Source: Candidatus Latescibacterota bacterium
GTDB lineage: Bacteria > Latescibacterota > UBA2968 > UBA8231
DNA length: 64,000 nucleotides
NCBI GenBank assembly: GCA_965197905.1
Contig: CBDAOB010000005.1
Location: forward strand, 1 to 64,000
Reading direction: 5' to 3'
Below are positions 9,064 to 19,330 of this stretch, in pieces. Under the pieces are notes generated by a model. That model was not told where the DNA came from, did no database searches, and worked only from the letters and a program-made list of their open reading frames with translations. The number at the start of each line of letters is the position of its first letter. Positions within the stretch are counted from its first letter, which is position 1. The position numbers and the translations under genes are program-made.

Positions 9064-10302
9064 GTGTCCAGAAAGAGCCTTTTGACCATGTTGGGGCCGG
9101 GGATTCTCGTTGCCGCGACCGGGGTGGGCGCCGGCGATCTCGCCACCGCAGCCTTCGCGGGCAGCAAGCTAGGGGTGGCTGTATTGTGGGCGGTCGTGCT
9201 CGGAGCCGGCATCAAGTATCTACTTACCGAGGGGTTGACCCGGTGGCAGCTCGCCACGGGCGAAACCTTGCTGGAAGGCTCCATGTCGCGACTGGGCCGG
9301 CCGGCCCAGTACATCTTCCTGATCTACCTGTTGTTGTGGAGCTTTATGGTCGCCGCGGCGCTCATGAGCGCCAACGGAGTTGCCGCCCACGCCATTCTGC
9401 CCCTGGCCGAAACGCCCGCCACCGGCAAGATCGTCTATGGGATCATCCTCAGTCTTCTGGGCGTTCTCCTGGTCAGGCTCGGCGGTTATGGGCTCTTCGA
9501 AAAGGTGATGAGTTTTTGTATAGGTCTCATGTTTGTGACCGTTGTCGTGGCCGCGTTCCTGTTGGCGCCGGGGTTGGGTGCCATCTTGAAGGGACTGGCA
9601 TGGCCTTCGATCCCGGACGCTTCCTGGCTGGCCTGGACCATCGCTTTGATGGGAGGGGTGGGAGGAACCGTTACCGTGCTCTGCTACGGATATTGGATCC
9701 GTGAGGAGGGACGGTTCGGCTCCGATAGCCTGCGGGTCTGCCGCATCGATCTCGGCGTCGGTTATTTGATGACAGCCCTTTTCGGGCTGGCGATGGTGGT
9801 TATCGGCAGCACCATCCAGGTGGAAGGGCGAGGGGCTACGCTCGTTATCAGATTGGCCGAGCGCTTGGGGGAGGAGCTGGGGCCAGTGGGCCGGTGGGCT
9901 TTTCTGCTGGGTGCCTTCGGTGCGGTCTTCAGCAGCCTGTTGGGGGTCTGGCAGAGTGTGCCGTATCTATTCGCCGATCTCTGGGGAAAAATCAAGGCGT
10001 CCGGGACCGAAACCAACAAGGTGGGAACCGACTCGCCCGCCTATCGCTGGTATCTCCTGGGCATCGCTCTACTGCCGATGATCGGCCTGTGGGTCGGCTT
10101 CGCCCAGATGCAGAAGCTGTATGCCATTGTCGGCGCTCTTTTCATGCCGATGCTGGCCCTAGTGCTGCTGCTGTTGAACGGTCGAACGAAGTGGATCGGT
10201 GAGCGCTACCGGAATCACCCCGTCTTGTCGGCGGCGCTGGTGTTGATCCTTGTGTTTTTTCTGATGGCCGGGGGGTTGTCGGTGCAGAAAGCGCTGGGTT
10301 AA
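9064..10302 (+). CDS. NRAMP-family divalent metal transporter-like membrane protein
   Basis: LGPGILVAATGVGAGDL N-terminal motif and about 11 hydrophobic helices. GTG start follows AGGAGG. Confidence 0.8.
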   Translation: MSRKSLLTMLGPGILVAATGVGAGDLATAAFAGSKLGVAVLWAVVLGAGIKYLLTEGLTRWQLATGETLLEGSMSRLGRPAQYIFLIYLLLWSFMVAAALMSANGVAAHAILPLAETPATGKIVYGIILSLLGVLLVRLGGYGLFEKVMSFCIGLMFVTVVVAAFLLAPGLGAILKGLAWPSIPDASWLAWTIALMGGVGGTVTVLCYGYWIREEGRFGSDSLRVCRIDLGVGYLMTALFGLAMVVIGSTIQVEGRGATLVIRLAERLGEELGPVGRWAFLLGAFGAVFSSLLGVWQSVPYLFADLWGKIKASGTETNKVGTDSPAYRWYLLGIALLPMIGLWVGFAQMQKLYAIVGALFMPMLALVLLLLNGRTKWIGERYRNHPVLSAALVLILVFFLMAGGLSVQKALG

Positions 10303-10344
10303 TCCACGTCCGCACTTGCACCGTCTGACCGGCTCGGGTGGAAT

Positions 10345-11302
10345 TCAGGAGGCGGAATCGTCGGCGCTCATGCCGATACGAAAACCTATCGTATCGCGAG
10401 TCGCCGATTCCGGACAGCTGGCGCGATGGGTTACCCGCAAGCCAGCTCGAGTTTCGCCAAAGCTGCCCCCGCGGATGACATGCTCCTGCCCACCGTCCGC
10501 CCCTGGGATTCGAAGGCGGACTCGTTTTATAGAACTCCTCGTCGTAGCAATCCCAGCACCATTCGTAGACATTCCCCGACATGTCCCAGATTCCAAATGA
10601 GCTCCTGCCCTCGGGAAACTCATTGACTGGAGTGGTCATGCCGATCGCGTTGTTCGAGTTGCAGCGCTCGTTCTCGATAAAACGGTCTCCCCAGGGATAG
10701 GGGTAATCCTCGGGCCCCTTCGCCGCCCTCTCCCACTCGGCCTCGGTCAGCAGGCGAGCGCCACACCATTCGGCGTAGGCTCTGGCGTCGGTCCAGGAGA
10801 CATTGACAACAGGGTGTTGACCCATCCCGGTGGGGAAGGTGCCCATCTGCCAGTGGATGGGCGCCTTGTACCCGGTGCAGTTGACAAACTCTTTGTAGTC
10901 CTGGTTGGTTACCGAAAATTTGCCGACGTAAAAGGTGCTGACGTGTACGGTGTGGGAGGGCAGCTCGTTCTTCGGACTGTCCTCATCGGGACCTCCCATG
11001 ACGAAAGTGCCAGCTGGAATCTTGGTCATTCGCCTCTTGTTGGCATCCGGCAGGACCTCTTTTCGACGTTCCTCCAGTTCGCCCCACTCCACATCCATCA
11101 TTTCCATGTTGCGGCTCAGATCCGCTTCGTCTTCCTTGAGCTGCTCGAGGCGCTGTCGCAGCTCGGTGCGCCGGTGATCCTGGGAGTCGATGCGCTCCAA
11201 CAGCTTCTGCTGCGGCTTGTTAAAATTCAACAGCTCGATAACGAAGAAAAGCATCAATGCGGCGGTGAGGATCCACCACAGCCATTCGCCGCTTTCAAAC
11301 AT
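10345..11302 (-). CDS. TM-anchored coiled-coil FGE-sulfatase (SUMF1-fold) protein, paralog A, frameshifted at ~10500
   Basis: HPVVNVSW, RLLTEAEWE and DMSGNVYEW in one frame. VIRGGSF...IGFR continues in another frame after a G run. Colinear with 12610..13569. Confidence 0.85.
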
Positions 11303-11488
11303 GGTGCTGCTCCATCGGTTGAGACTTAATGATTGCTTGTGCCTTCGCCCCGTGGCAAACGCCACCACGGATAATAAGAAGACACAAACGCCGCATCCAG
11401 ACAAGATTACAATTTGACTCAACCGTCTTATTGCTGAAGGTTTTCCCCGTTCCCAATCAGATCGGAAGAGAATCCAAGGAGTACCTCA

Positions 11489-12574
11489 ATGTCGACAACC
11501 TATCGTGTAGGGGTTATCGCCTCTGGACGCATCGCCCAAATGCACGGTCGCGGCTGGACCGACTGCGAACATACCCGAATCGTGGCGATCGCCGACACCC
11601 ATCCCCAGGCTCGCGACGAGTACGCCCGCACATTCGCCGTGCCTGCCCAATACGAGGATTATCGTCAGATGCTGGAGAAGGAGGAGCTGGATATCGTCAG
11701 CGTGTGCTCGTGGGATCCCCAGCATGCAGAAATGACCATCGCCGCTTGCGCCGCCCAGCCCCGGGTGGTTTTATGCGAGAAACCGATGGCGTGCTCGCTG
11801 GGAGAAGCGGAGGCGATGATCATCGCCGCACAGCGCAACAAGGTGAAGCTGGCCGTCGGCCATCAGCGCCGCTTCTACTCCTCCTGGAACGAGGCTCGCC
11901 GGCTGGTTCAGGAGGGATTCATCGGCAAACCACGGCATCTCTGGTCCGCGGTCAAAGGGGGCATGCTCAACACCGGCACCCACTCGGTAGATTTCCAACT
12001 ATACGTTCTGGGCGATCCAAGGGCTGAGTGGGTGATGGGACAGGTGGAGCGCAAGACCGATCATTACGTGTTCGGTCACCGGGTCGAGGATCGTTGCGCC
12101 GGCATTGTAGGTTATCCCGGTGAGGTCGAGGGCGTACTGGAGAATGAGATGAACTCAACCTACCAGTTGGGCGCCAATGTCTACGGCACCGAGGGGTTGC
12201 TTGAGGTGCGGGACAATAGCCTAAAATATCTCACCAAGGAACGGGCAGGGTGGCAAGTGTTTACACCGGAGGAAGAGGTTCGCACCGGCTACGGCGTCGC
12301 TTTCACCGACCAGGCAAACGAAATCTGTGCGTGGATCGAAAACCGGGTAGATGATTACCGCGGCGACGCCAAGAACGGCAAGGCGGCACTAGAGATCATG
12401 ATGGGGGTGTACGAATCGGCGCGGATGCACGAGAGGGTCGCGTTGCCGCTGCAGACTCGCGCCAATCCGCTCGATGTTGCGGTCGAATCGGGGGTCATTC
12501 CAGTGGAACGACCCGGTGTATGGGACGAGCGCTCATTCCTGGTGCGCGGCGAATCGATGAGCTGGCTCGACTAG
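11489..12574 (+). CDS. Gfo/Idh/MocA family oxidoreductase
   Basis: N-terminal Rossmann fold, VLCEKPMA, VGHQRRF and GTHSVD motifs. Confidence 0.92.
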   Translation: MSTTYRVGVIASGRIAQMHGRGWTDCEHTRIVAIADTHPQARDEYARTFAVPAQYEDYRQMLEKEELDIVSVCSWDPQHAEMTIAACAAQPRVVLCEKPMACSLGEAEAMIIAAQRNKVKLAVGHQRRFYSSWNEARRLVQEGFIGKPRHLWSAVKGGMLNTGTHSVDFQLYVLGDPRAEWVMGQVERKTDHYVFGHRVEDRCAGIVGYPGEVEGVLENEMNSTYQLGANVYGTEGLLEVRDNSLKYLTKERAGWQVFTPEEEVRTGYGVAFTDQANEICAWIENRVDDYRGDAKNGKAALEIMMGVYESARMHERVALPLQTRANPLDVAVESGVIPVERPGVWDERSFLVRGESMSWLD

Positions 12575-12609
12575 ATGAGCCTGGCGGCACTGCGGAACGG
12601 CGGCGAATT

Positions 12610-13569
12610 TCAGACCACTTCGTCGTCCGAATCCATGGCGATGCGAAAGCCGATGGTATCGCGCGTCGTAGTTTCGGGACAACTGCCTCGATGGGTCACG
12701 CGCAATCCGGCCCGCGTTTCCGAGAAGCTGCCCCCGCGAATCACATGCTCCTGACCGCCGTCCGGTCCCTTGGGATTGGATGCGGGGCTGGAACGGTAAT
12801 ACTCGTCGTCGAAATAATCGTTGCACCACTCGTACACATTGCCCGACATGTCCCATATGCCATACGGACTGCGGCCTTCGGGAAACTCGTTCACCGCGAT
12901 CGTCATGCCGATGGTGTTATTCGAGTTGCAGCGCTCACCTTCCACGAATCGCTCGCCCCACGGGTAGGGCCACTCTTCCTGGCCCTTCGCGGCCTTCTCC
13001 CACTCCGCTTCGGTGAGCAGTCGTCCTCCCGACCAATCGGCAAAAGCTCGAGCGTCGATCCACGAGACATTTACCACCGGGTGCTGGCCCATGCCCGTGG
13101 GAAAGGTGCCGCGCTGCCAGTGGATGGGCGGTTTGTAACCGGTGCAGTTGATGAACTCCTTGTAATCCTGGTTGGTCACCGGAAATCTTCCGATATAGTA
13201 GGTGCTGACATGCACCGGGTGGGAGGGGAGCTCATTCTTGGGGCTGTCTTCCTCACGACCGCCCATGATGAATGAGCCGGCCGGTATCTGGGTCATGCGC
13301 CGAGTGTTGGCTTCGGGCAGAATCTCCTTTCGGCGCTCATCGAGCTCGGTCCAGTTGATGTCCATTTCCTCCAGCCGCCGAGCGAGATCCCCCTCGTCTT
13401 CCTGCATCTGCGTCAAACGCTGCCGCATTTCGTTGCGCCGCTGTTCCTGGGATTCGATGCGTTCCATCAGCTGTTGCTGCGGTTTGTTGAATTCCAGTAA
13501 CAGAATCACGAAGTAAAGCATGAAACCGGCGGTGAGAATCCACCAGACCCATCCGCTACCCTCAAACAT
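12610..13569 (-). CDS. TM-anchored coiled-coil FGE-sulfatase (SUMF1-fold) protein, paralog B
   Basis: N-terminal TM, Gln/Glu/Arg-rich coiled coil, complete FGE-fold motifs. Lacks the catalytic Cys pair after RGGSF. Confidence 0.88.
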   Translation of the reverse strand: MFEGSGWVWWILTAGFMLYFVILLLEFNKPQQQLMERIESQEQRRNEMRQRLTQMQEDEGDLARRLEEMDINWTELDERRKEILPEANTRRMTQIPAGSFIMGGREEDSPKNELPSHPVHVSTYYIGRFPVTNQDYKEFINCTGYKPPIHWQRGTFPTGMGQHPVVNVSWIDARAFADWSGGRLLTEAEWEKAAKGQEEWPYPWGERFVEGERCNSNNTIGMTIAVNEFPEGRSPYGIWDMSGNVYEWCNDYFDDEYYRSSPASNPKGPDGGQEHVIRGGSFSETRAGLRVTHRGSCPETTTRDTIGFRIAMDSDDEVV

Positions 13570-13732
13570 GATCCAACTCCTGCTCGTGTTGTTGCGGCAA
13601 CTGCCCCAACGGTTTACGGCTTCAAGGCCACGACCTTATGCACCGGTCAACAAATTTAATACAATTGGTCAAAATTCATCATTATATTTTTTCCGGGCTG
13701 AGAATCGACGGATTCCCTGACTTGGAGAGAGA

Positions 13733-15805
13733 ATGGCGAGAAACCCGTATCTGAATCGCTCCATGATCCGCGCTGTGGACCAGTTCTTCGGCAGAAAGCG
13801 CGAAGTAGAACGCATCATGTCGCGTCTGGGCGCCGATCCGCCACAGTCGATTTCGATCGTCGGTGCCCGCCGAGCCGGCAAGTCATCGCTTCTGTGGCAC
13901 ATCGCGCGGGAGGAGATTCACGCCCGGTATCTCGACGCACCCGGCTGCTACGTCTTCCTGCTGTTCGATTTTCAAGGCCAACAACATCTTGACCAGTCAG
14001 GATTCTGCCGGGTTTTGGGTGAGCATCTCAAGGCAGCCTGCGGCGAGCGAGTTTCGATTCCGGATCTGGACAGTTTCGGCGCCATGGAGACCGCGGTGCG
14101 CAATCTGGGTGCGCAAGATTTGCGGCTGGTCTGCCTCTTCGATGAGTTCGAAACGGTGACCCGCAATCCCGGATTCGGGGAGGAGTTCTTCGGTTTCTTG
14201 CGGGCTCTTGCCAATTCGCATCCGGTCGCCTTTGTGACCACCTCACGCCGAGCGCTGCAGTCTCTCTGCCATACCAGCGAGATCTCCGAATCGCCGTTCT
14301 TCAACATCTTTGCCCAGATCGGAATCGGTCCGCTATCCGAAGCCGATGCCGTCGAGCTGATTACCCGGCCCTCCAGTGCGGCTGGAACACCACTTTCCGA
14401 CTACGAAGAGAAGCTCGTTGAACTGAGCGGACACCTCCCTCTATTCCTCCAGATGGCGTGCGCGGCTGCGTTCGAGTGTCTGAATGAGCGGAGCGGCGCG
14501 GAAATGGACCGGTCTTTCCTGCTGGAGCGCTTCATGGAAGAGGCCAGTTCCCATTTCCATTATATATGGGAGCATTTCGGGGATGATGAGCGAGAAGCGG
14601 TCGTGAAGCTGACCGGCGGGACCCTCTCGAGCGTGCGCTCGATTCCGCGTTCACTCCAGGAAGACGGTTTCGTGAGAGAAATCGATGGCCGCCCGCGACT
14701 CTTCTCCACCGCATTTACAGAATTCGTCCTGGAGCAAACGCCTCCCGCAACGGTGGGTGACGAGGCAACCGCCGGTGGCGATTCCAAAGAGCGCCCTCTG
14801 GTCGCAGAATCGCCGGCGCGACCCCAGTCGGGACTTGAACCGCTGCCAGACGGCGAGGACCCCTTCCCACAAATTGTCGGTCGCAGCCCTGCCATTCGCC
14901 TGGTTTTCGCGATGATGAAAAAAGCCGCCGAAGCAGATGATATTGTTCTGCTCACGGGTGAAACTGGTACTGGAAAAGAGCTGGTTGCCCATTGCATTCA
15001 CGAGAGCAGCCGGCGGGGGAACGGTCCCTTTGTTGCAGTTAACTGCGGTGCCATCGCGGAACATCTGCAGGAGAGCGAACTGTTCGGTCACAAGAAAGGC
15101 GCATTCACGGACGCAGGGTCGGATCGCGAGGGTTTGTTCGAAGCCGCCAACGGGGGAACCTTGTTCCTCGACGAGATCGGCGAAGTGGGAAGCGCCACTC
15201 AGGTCAAGCTGCTGCGGGTGCTGCAAGAGGGCGAGGTCCGGCGGGTGGGCGAGAATCAGGCGCGCAAGGTAGATATCCGGTTGATTTGCGCCACCAACCG
15301 CAACCTGGAGGCCGAGGTCAGAGGGGGCGGTTTCCGAGAGGATCTCTACTACCGCCTATATGTGCTGGCGTTGGAGCTGCCAGCGCTGCGGGACCGCATG
15401 GCAGATATCCCACTTCTGGTTGACTGTTTTCTTGGCAAGTATGCAGCGGGCATCAGCGACGAAGCCCTGATGCGGCTCAGGGCGTTCACGTGGCCGGGAA
15501 ATATTCGCGAGCTCGAAAATCAGCTGACCAGTGCCCGCGCCATGGCGGGAGGAGCGGCGATACGTCCCCAACATCTGTGGCCGCGGGTAGCCGGCGCGGA
15601 GGCCAGCTACTGCCAGCAGGGTGCCGACACCGCCATCGACTGGAATCTGTCGTTCAAAGAAGCCCGGGACCAGTTCGAACGCTCTTATATTCATGCGCGT
15701 CTGGTGGAGTTCGACTGGGAGATGAGCGCGACAGCAGAGGCGCTGGGAATCTCCCGGAGCCGGCTCTACGAGCTGACCAAACGATACGGTCTGAAACGAG
15801 GCTGA
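13733..15805 (+). CDS. STAND-like ATPase fused to a sigma-54-dependent activator (AAA+ core plus Fis-type HTH)
   Basis: N-terminal NPY..FFGR, GARRAGKS, LFDEFE, SPFFNIF, GHLP. C-terminal GETGTGKE, ESELFGHKKGAFTDA, LFLDEIGE, FREDLYYRL, WPGNIRELEN and HTH TAEALGISRSRLY. Confidence 0.92.
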   Translation: MARNPYLNRSMIRAVDQFFGRKREVERIMSRLGADPPQSISIVGARRAGKSSLLWHIAREEIHARYLDAPGCYVFLLFDFQGQQHLDQSGFCRVLGEHLKAACGERVSIPDLDSFGAMETAVRNLGAQDLRLVCLFDEFETVTRNPGFGEEFFGFLRALANSHPVAFVTTSRRALQSLCHTSEISESPFFNIFAQIGIGPLSEADAVELITRPSSAAGTPLSDYEEKLVELSGHLPLFLQMACAAAFECLNERSGAEMDRSFLLERFMEEASSHFHYIWEHFGDDEREAVVKLTGGTLSSVRSIPRSLQEDGFVREIDGRPRLFSTAFTEFVLEQTPPATVGDEATAGGDSKERPLVAESPARPQSGLEPLPDGEDPFPQIVGRSPAIRLVFAMMKKAAEADDIVLLTGETGTGKELVAHCIHESSRRGNGPFVAVNCGAIAEHLQESELFGHKKGAFTDAGSDREGLFEAANGGTLFLDEIGEVGSATQVKLLRVLQEGEVRRVGENQARKVDIRLICATNRNLEAEVRGGGFREDLYYRLYVLALELPALRDRMADIPLLVDCFLGKYAAGISDEALMRLRAFTWPGNIRELENQLTSARAMAGGAAIRPQHLWPRVAGAEASYCQQGADTAIDWNLSFKEARDQFERSYIHARLVEFDWEMSATAEALGISRSRLYELTKRYGLKRG

Positions 15806-15936
15806 TCGAGGAAGCGAAGAGGCGACAGGCACTCGACGCGCCGGCTTCAGTAAATATGACTCATCAACCTTTTGTGCTGCCCTCGATAAGCCCTCGGAAA
15901 TATTCAATCAAGAATGCGTCCTGTCGTTGTCTGTCC

Positions 15937-15985
15937 GTCTGGAAAACTGGACTGGGTGCTACTGGACTGTCTGGAATCCCGGACA
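15937..15985. promoter_or_regulatory. Paired palindromic upstream activator sites (candidate bEBP enhancer)
   Basis: GTCTGGAAAACTGGAC (15937) and GTCTGGAATCCCGGAC (15969), 32 bp apart and ~90 bp upstream of a -24/-12 element. Confidence 0.65.
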
Positions 15986-16073
15986 GCCTGGGTTTTACAC
16001 AATTTTGCGACGAAAGCGCTAACTACAAATGATTTAAGCGATTTATGAGTTATGTCGGCCAATTTGTGTGGGC

Positions 16074-16088
16074 TGGCACGGGCCTTGC
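16074..16088 (+). promoter_or_regulatory. Sigma-54 (-24/-12) promoter
   Basis: TGGCAC-GGGCC-TTGC is an exact consensus match, intergenic, directly downstream of a bEBP gene. Confidence 0.85.
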
Positions 16089-16193
16089 GGTATAGCAACA
16101 TCGTTGTTGCTCGGAGGTATTTGCTATTGCGCCGACGTGCCGCCTGATACCAAATTGGATGCCCAAATTCAAGGAAGCCCACTGAAGCGTACT

Positions 16194-18533
16194 ATGGCAC
16201 CTACCGAGACCAGCAGCACGTTCACACCGATCAGCCCCAACCCGTTCATAACGGGCAATCCGGTACGCGACCCCAGTCTCTTCTTCGGCCGCGAGGATGA
16301 TTTCGCCCATGTACGTCAGCGCCTGATCGCCGAATCAGAGGGCATCGTCATGCTGTTCGTCGGCGAGAGACGCAGCGGCAAGACTTCCATCATGTTTCAG
16401 ATCCTCGATGGCCGCCTAGGTCAGGAGTTCCTGCCGATCTTCATCGACATGCAACAGATTGCGGGGGTGGTCGGGGACAACGACCTGCTGGGTCGCATCG
16501 CCGAATTCACCATCGAGCAGATCAGCGACCAGCGGCTGGTGGCCGACTACTACGATTTTGGGCAGGGGAATCCGGTGCTCACCTTCGACCGCCTGCTGGA
16601 TGATATTCGTCAGATCTTCCCCGAGCGGCGCCTGGTTTTCCTCGTCGACGAGGCCGAAATCCTACAGCTCAAGGAAACGCGCGAAGAGATCACCCAAGCG
16701 GCATTGATGTATCTCTCGAACATCCTCGAGAGTCGGAAGGTGTCGTTCTGCTTCACCGGATCCAGCGGTCTGGCCGATTCGGGAAGCGTTGGTTGGCGAC
16801 GCCTGATCAGCAAAGGTGAGGCGCGCGAGATAACTTTTCTGAGCAAAACCGACACCTTGCGCCTGATCCAACGCCCCGTTGAGGGCCGCGTGTTCTATGG
16901 CGAGGGCGTGATGGATGGGATCTACGATCTGACTTTCGGCCATCCCTTTTATACCCAGGTGATATGCACCAACGCGGTGGACTATCTCAACGAAGTGCAG
17001 CGAAACGATCTCGATCTCGACGGTCTTCAGGAGGTGGTGCGCACGATCGTCGACAATCCGCCGCCGCAAATGATGTACGCCTGGGACGAGCTCAGCAGCA
17101 CCGAGCAGCTATGCCTGTCGTTGTTGAGTGAGGAGAGCGACAAGGACGTAAAAATCACGTCGCAGGAGCTGTTCGATACGATCAAGGAGAACAACTATCC
17201 GCTGCAGCTGAAGTCGGATGCGTTGCACAAGTCACTGGAAGATCTCTACGGACACAAGGTACTCGAGCGCAGCGACGAAGGCGGGTATCACTTTCGCGTC
17301 GACCTTTTTCGCCAATGGATCCGGCGTGCCCGGTCCATCTGGAGCCTCGTCGAAGAGCAGGCCCCGCGCAAAGGCCGGCGGGTGATCTGGGCGGCAGCCG
17401 GTGTTGCCGCCTTCGCACTGGCGGCAGGTCTGGGTTACATCTTCTCGAGGTCCACCGAAACAAGCGTGCAGGGGAGCGGACCGGCGGCCATTCAGAGCGG
17501 CAACATGTGGGTCGAGTCGGATCCGCGCGAGGTGCAGGTTCTGGTAAACGGCAAGGTCAAAGCTACCATGGCGCCGGTGATGATCTCCGATCTCGAGCCG
17601 GGAACCTACAAACTGGAGGTCAAGAAACCCAAGTATCACACCTGGACTCGCGAGATAGCCATCGAAATAGGGACAACGGATAGCCTGCACGCAACCCTCG
17701 CGCGCCAGACCGGATCCCTCAATGTGCACTCGCAACCCGCCGGGGTGTTGGTGCAGGTCGAAGGCGAGGTGGACACCAGTACCCTCACGCCGCTAGCGAA
17801 TCTGGCATTGCCTACCGGGGTGTACCAGATAACCATGCGCCAGAAGGGATACGTGGAACAGCAGCGCCAGATAAATATTGCCGAGGGCGCCACTGCTGAG
17901 GTGTCGTTCGAGCTCCGTGCCCGGGTCGGCAACATCTACGTCGATTCACAACCTCGCGGCGCGCTCATCCTGGTCGACGGAGCGTCGACGGGATCGAAGA
18001 CCCCCTCGCTTCTGGAAAGCCAATCGGTGGGGCGCCACAAAATCGCATTGCGGCTCCCCGATCACCAATCGAGTGAAACCCAGATCGAGGTTGGCCTCGG
18101 TCGGACGGACACCGTGCGCTTGAGTCTGGTGCTGAGCCCCGCCCGGCTGCAGCTGACCAGTGTTCCTCCCGGGGCAAAAATTCTCATCGACGGCAATGCC
18201 CACGGTCGAACGCCCCAAGCGATCGAGCTCGAGCCGGGCGAGCACCGAATCTGGGTGGTAAAGGAGGGGTACGAGTTGTATGAATTGGAGCAAGACTTCC
18301 AACCCGGTCAGTCGTACCAACCGCGCGTTACGCTGGCGACTCAATACGGCTGGGTGCGCATCGTGAAACCGCTTTTCGGTACGGTGATCGTCAACGGCTC
18401 GGACGAACATGCTGTGCCGCCCGGAGATATCCAACTGCAGGTTGGCTCCTATACGGTCGCTACCAAAGGACAAAAGGCGCCGACCACGGTTCAGGTCGCC
18501 AAGGGTGATACAGTAAAGGTGTCATTGCCATGA
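16194..18533 (+). CDS. STAND-like ATPase + winged helix + TM + about five PEGA domains
   Basis: NPFITGNPV..FFGRE, GERRSGKT, LVDEAE, GHPFYTQ. TM VIWAAAGVAAFALAAGLGYIF. Repeats of G-x-L-x-V-x-S-x-P-x-G-A...TP...G-x-H/Y. Confidence 0.85.
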   Translation: MAPTETSSTFTPISPNPFITGNPVRDPSLFFGREDDFAHVRQRLIAESEGIVMLFVGERRSGKTSIMFQILDGRLGQEFLPIFIDMQQIAGVVGDNDLLGRIAEFTIEQISDQRLVADYYDFGQGNPVLTFDRLLDDIRQIFPERRLVFLVDEAEILQLKETREEITQAALMYLSNILESRKVSFCFTGSSGLADSGSVGWRRLISKGEAREITFLSKTDTLRLIQRPVEGRVFYGEGVMDGIYDLTFGHPFYTQVICTNAVDYLNEVQRNDLDLDGLQEVVRTIVDNPPPQMMYAWDELSSTEQLCLSLLSEESDKDVKITSQELFDTIKENNYPLQLKSDALHKSLEDLYGHKVLERSDEGGYHFRVDLFRQWIRRARSIWSLVEEQAPRKGRRVIWAAAGVAAFALAAGLGYIFSRSTETSVQGSGPAAIQSGNMWVESDPREVQVLVNGKVKATMAPVMISDLEPGTYKLEVKKPKYHTWTREIAIEIGTTDSLHATLARQTGSLNVHSQPAGVLVQVEGEVDTSTLTPLANLALPTGVYQITMRQKGYVEQQRQINIAEGATAEVSFELRARVGNIYVDSQPRGALILVDGASTGSKTPSLLESQSVGRHKIALRLPDHQSSETQIEVGLGRTDTVRLSLVLSPARLQLTSVPPGAKILIDGNAHGRTPQAIELEPGEHRIWVVKEGYELYELEQDFQPGQSYQPRVTLATQYGWVRIVKPLFGTVIVNGSDEHAVPPGDIQLQVGSYTVATKGQKAPTTVQVAKGDTVKVSLP

Positions 18534-19330
18534 GGAGTTTCGCTCTGATCGCCGCCATCGCCGCGATCGCTGCCGCGAGCGCCATTCCAGCCTGGAGCCA
18601 GGATGCGCCACTCGATCGGGCGATCGCCCGATTCTACGAAGGGGAGTGGGAGCAATCGATCGGTGCGTTGAATCGTTTGCTTGAAGAAGCGACGATGACG
18701 TCGGACGAACGTTCGAGAGCCCGCAAGTTCGTGGCCTTGGGTTATATCCTACTAGGGCGCGACGAAGACGCAGTAGGGGTCTACAAACAGATCGTACGCG
18801 ACGATCCCTCCTTCGACATGGATGCGCTTGCCCTCGAGGATGGCGAAACTCCAGGTGAAGCGGTGCGGTTCTTTGGTCAGGCAATACTCGAGGTGCGTCA
18901 AGAAGAGATGCGAGCGCGGGAAGCCCAACTGGCGCGGACCTCGCGTCGCGGCGCCCTGTTGCGCTCCGCGGTCCTGCCTGGGTGGGGTCAACGTTACCAG
19001 GGGTATAGGGGACGCAGTTTCGTGATGCTGGGGGCCACGGCAGTGGCGGCCATCTACGCCATCTCGGCGGAGAACTCATACCAGACGGCAAAGGACGACT
19101 ACGACCAGGCGCGTCCCGGTGCAGACTTCGAGGATCTGTTCGACGAGTATACGCGCAAGGCTGATCAGGCCGATGTAGCCCTCGGCATTCTCGGGGCGGC
19201 CTGGCTGTTCAACGTATTGGATACGGTTTTCCAAGGGCCAAACCTCGAGCGCCCCAGCGGCGGTCTGCTTCTGCAACAGGAATTTGGGCGCAAGGGGTTT
19301 AGGCTCGTCTACAGTATGGGGTTTAAATGA
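18530..19330 (+). CDS. Secreted TPR-like plus DUF5683-like protein
   Basis: Signal peptide, helical TPR-like N-domain and ALLRSAVLPGWGQRY motif. ATGA overlaps with both neighbours. Confidence 0.7.
   Translation: MRSFALIAAIAAIAAASAIPAWSQDAPLDRAIARFYEGEWEQSIGALNRLLEEATMTSDERSRARKFVALGYILLGRDEDAVGVYKQIVRDDPSFDMDALALEDGETPGEAVRFFGQAILEVRQEEMRAREAQLARTSRRGALLRSAVLPGWGQRYQGYRGRSFVMLGATAVAAIYAISAENSYQTAKDDYDQARPGADFEDLFDEYTRKADQADVALGILGAAWLFNVLDTVFQGPNLERPSGGLLLQQEFGRKGFRLVYSMGFK

Noticed and set aside
10345..13569. Diversity-generating retroelement suggested by two FGE/CLec-fold genes with similar 3' ends
   Set aside because: Differences are mostly synonymous and not adenine-specific. No template repeat or reverse transcriptase is in the window.
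13622..13642. Sigma-54 promoter for the bEBP gene (GGCCACGACCTTATGC)
   Set aside because: GG-to-GC spacing is not the required 10 bp.
16068..16193. N-terminal extension of the ATPase-PEGA ORF given in the ORF track
   Set aside because: It overlaps the sigma-54 promoter, and paralogs start just before the NPY/NPF motif. Similar over-extended starts at 8872, 11422, 22558, 29715, 29887, 46339 and 52271 were also trimmed.
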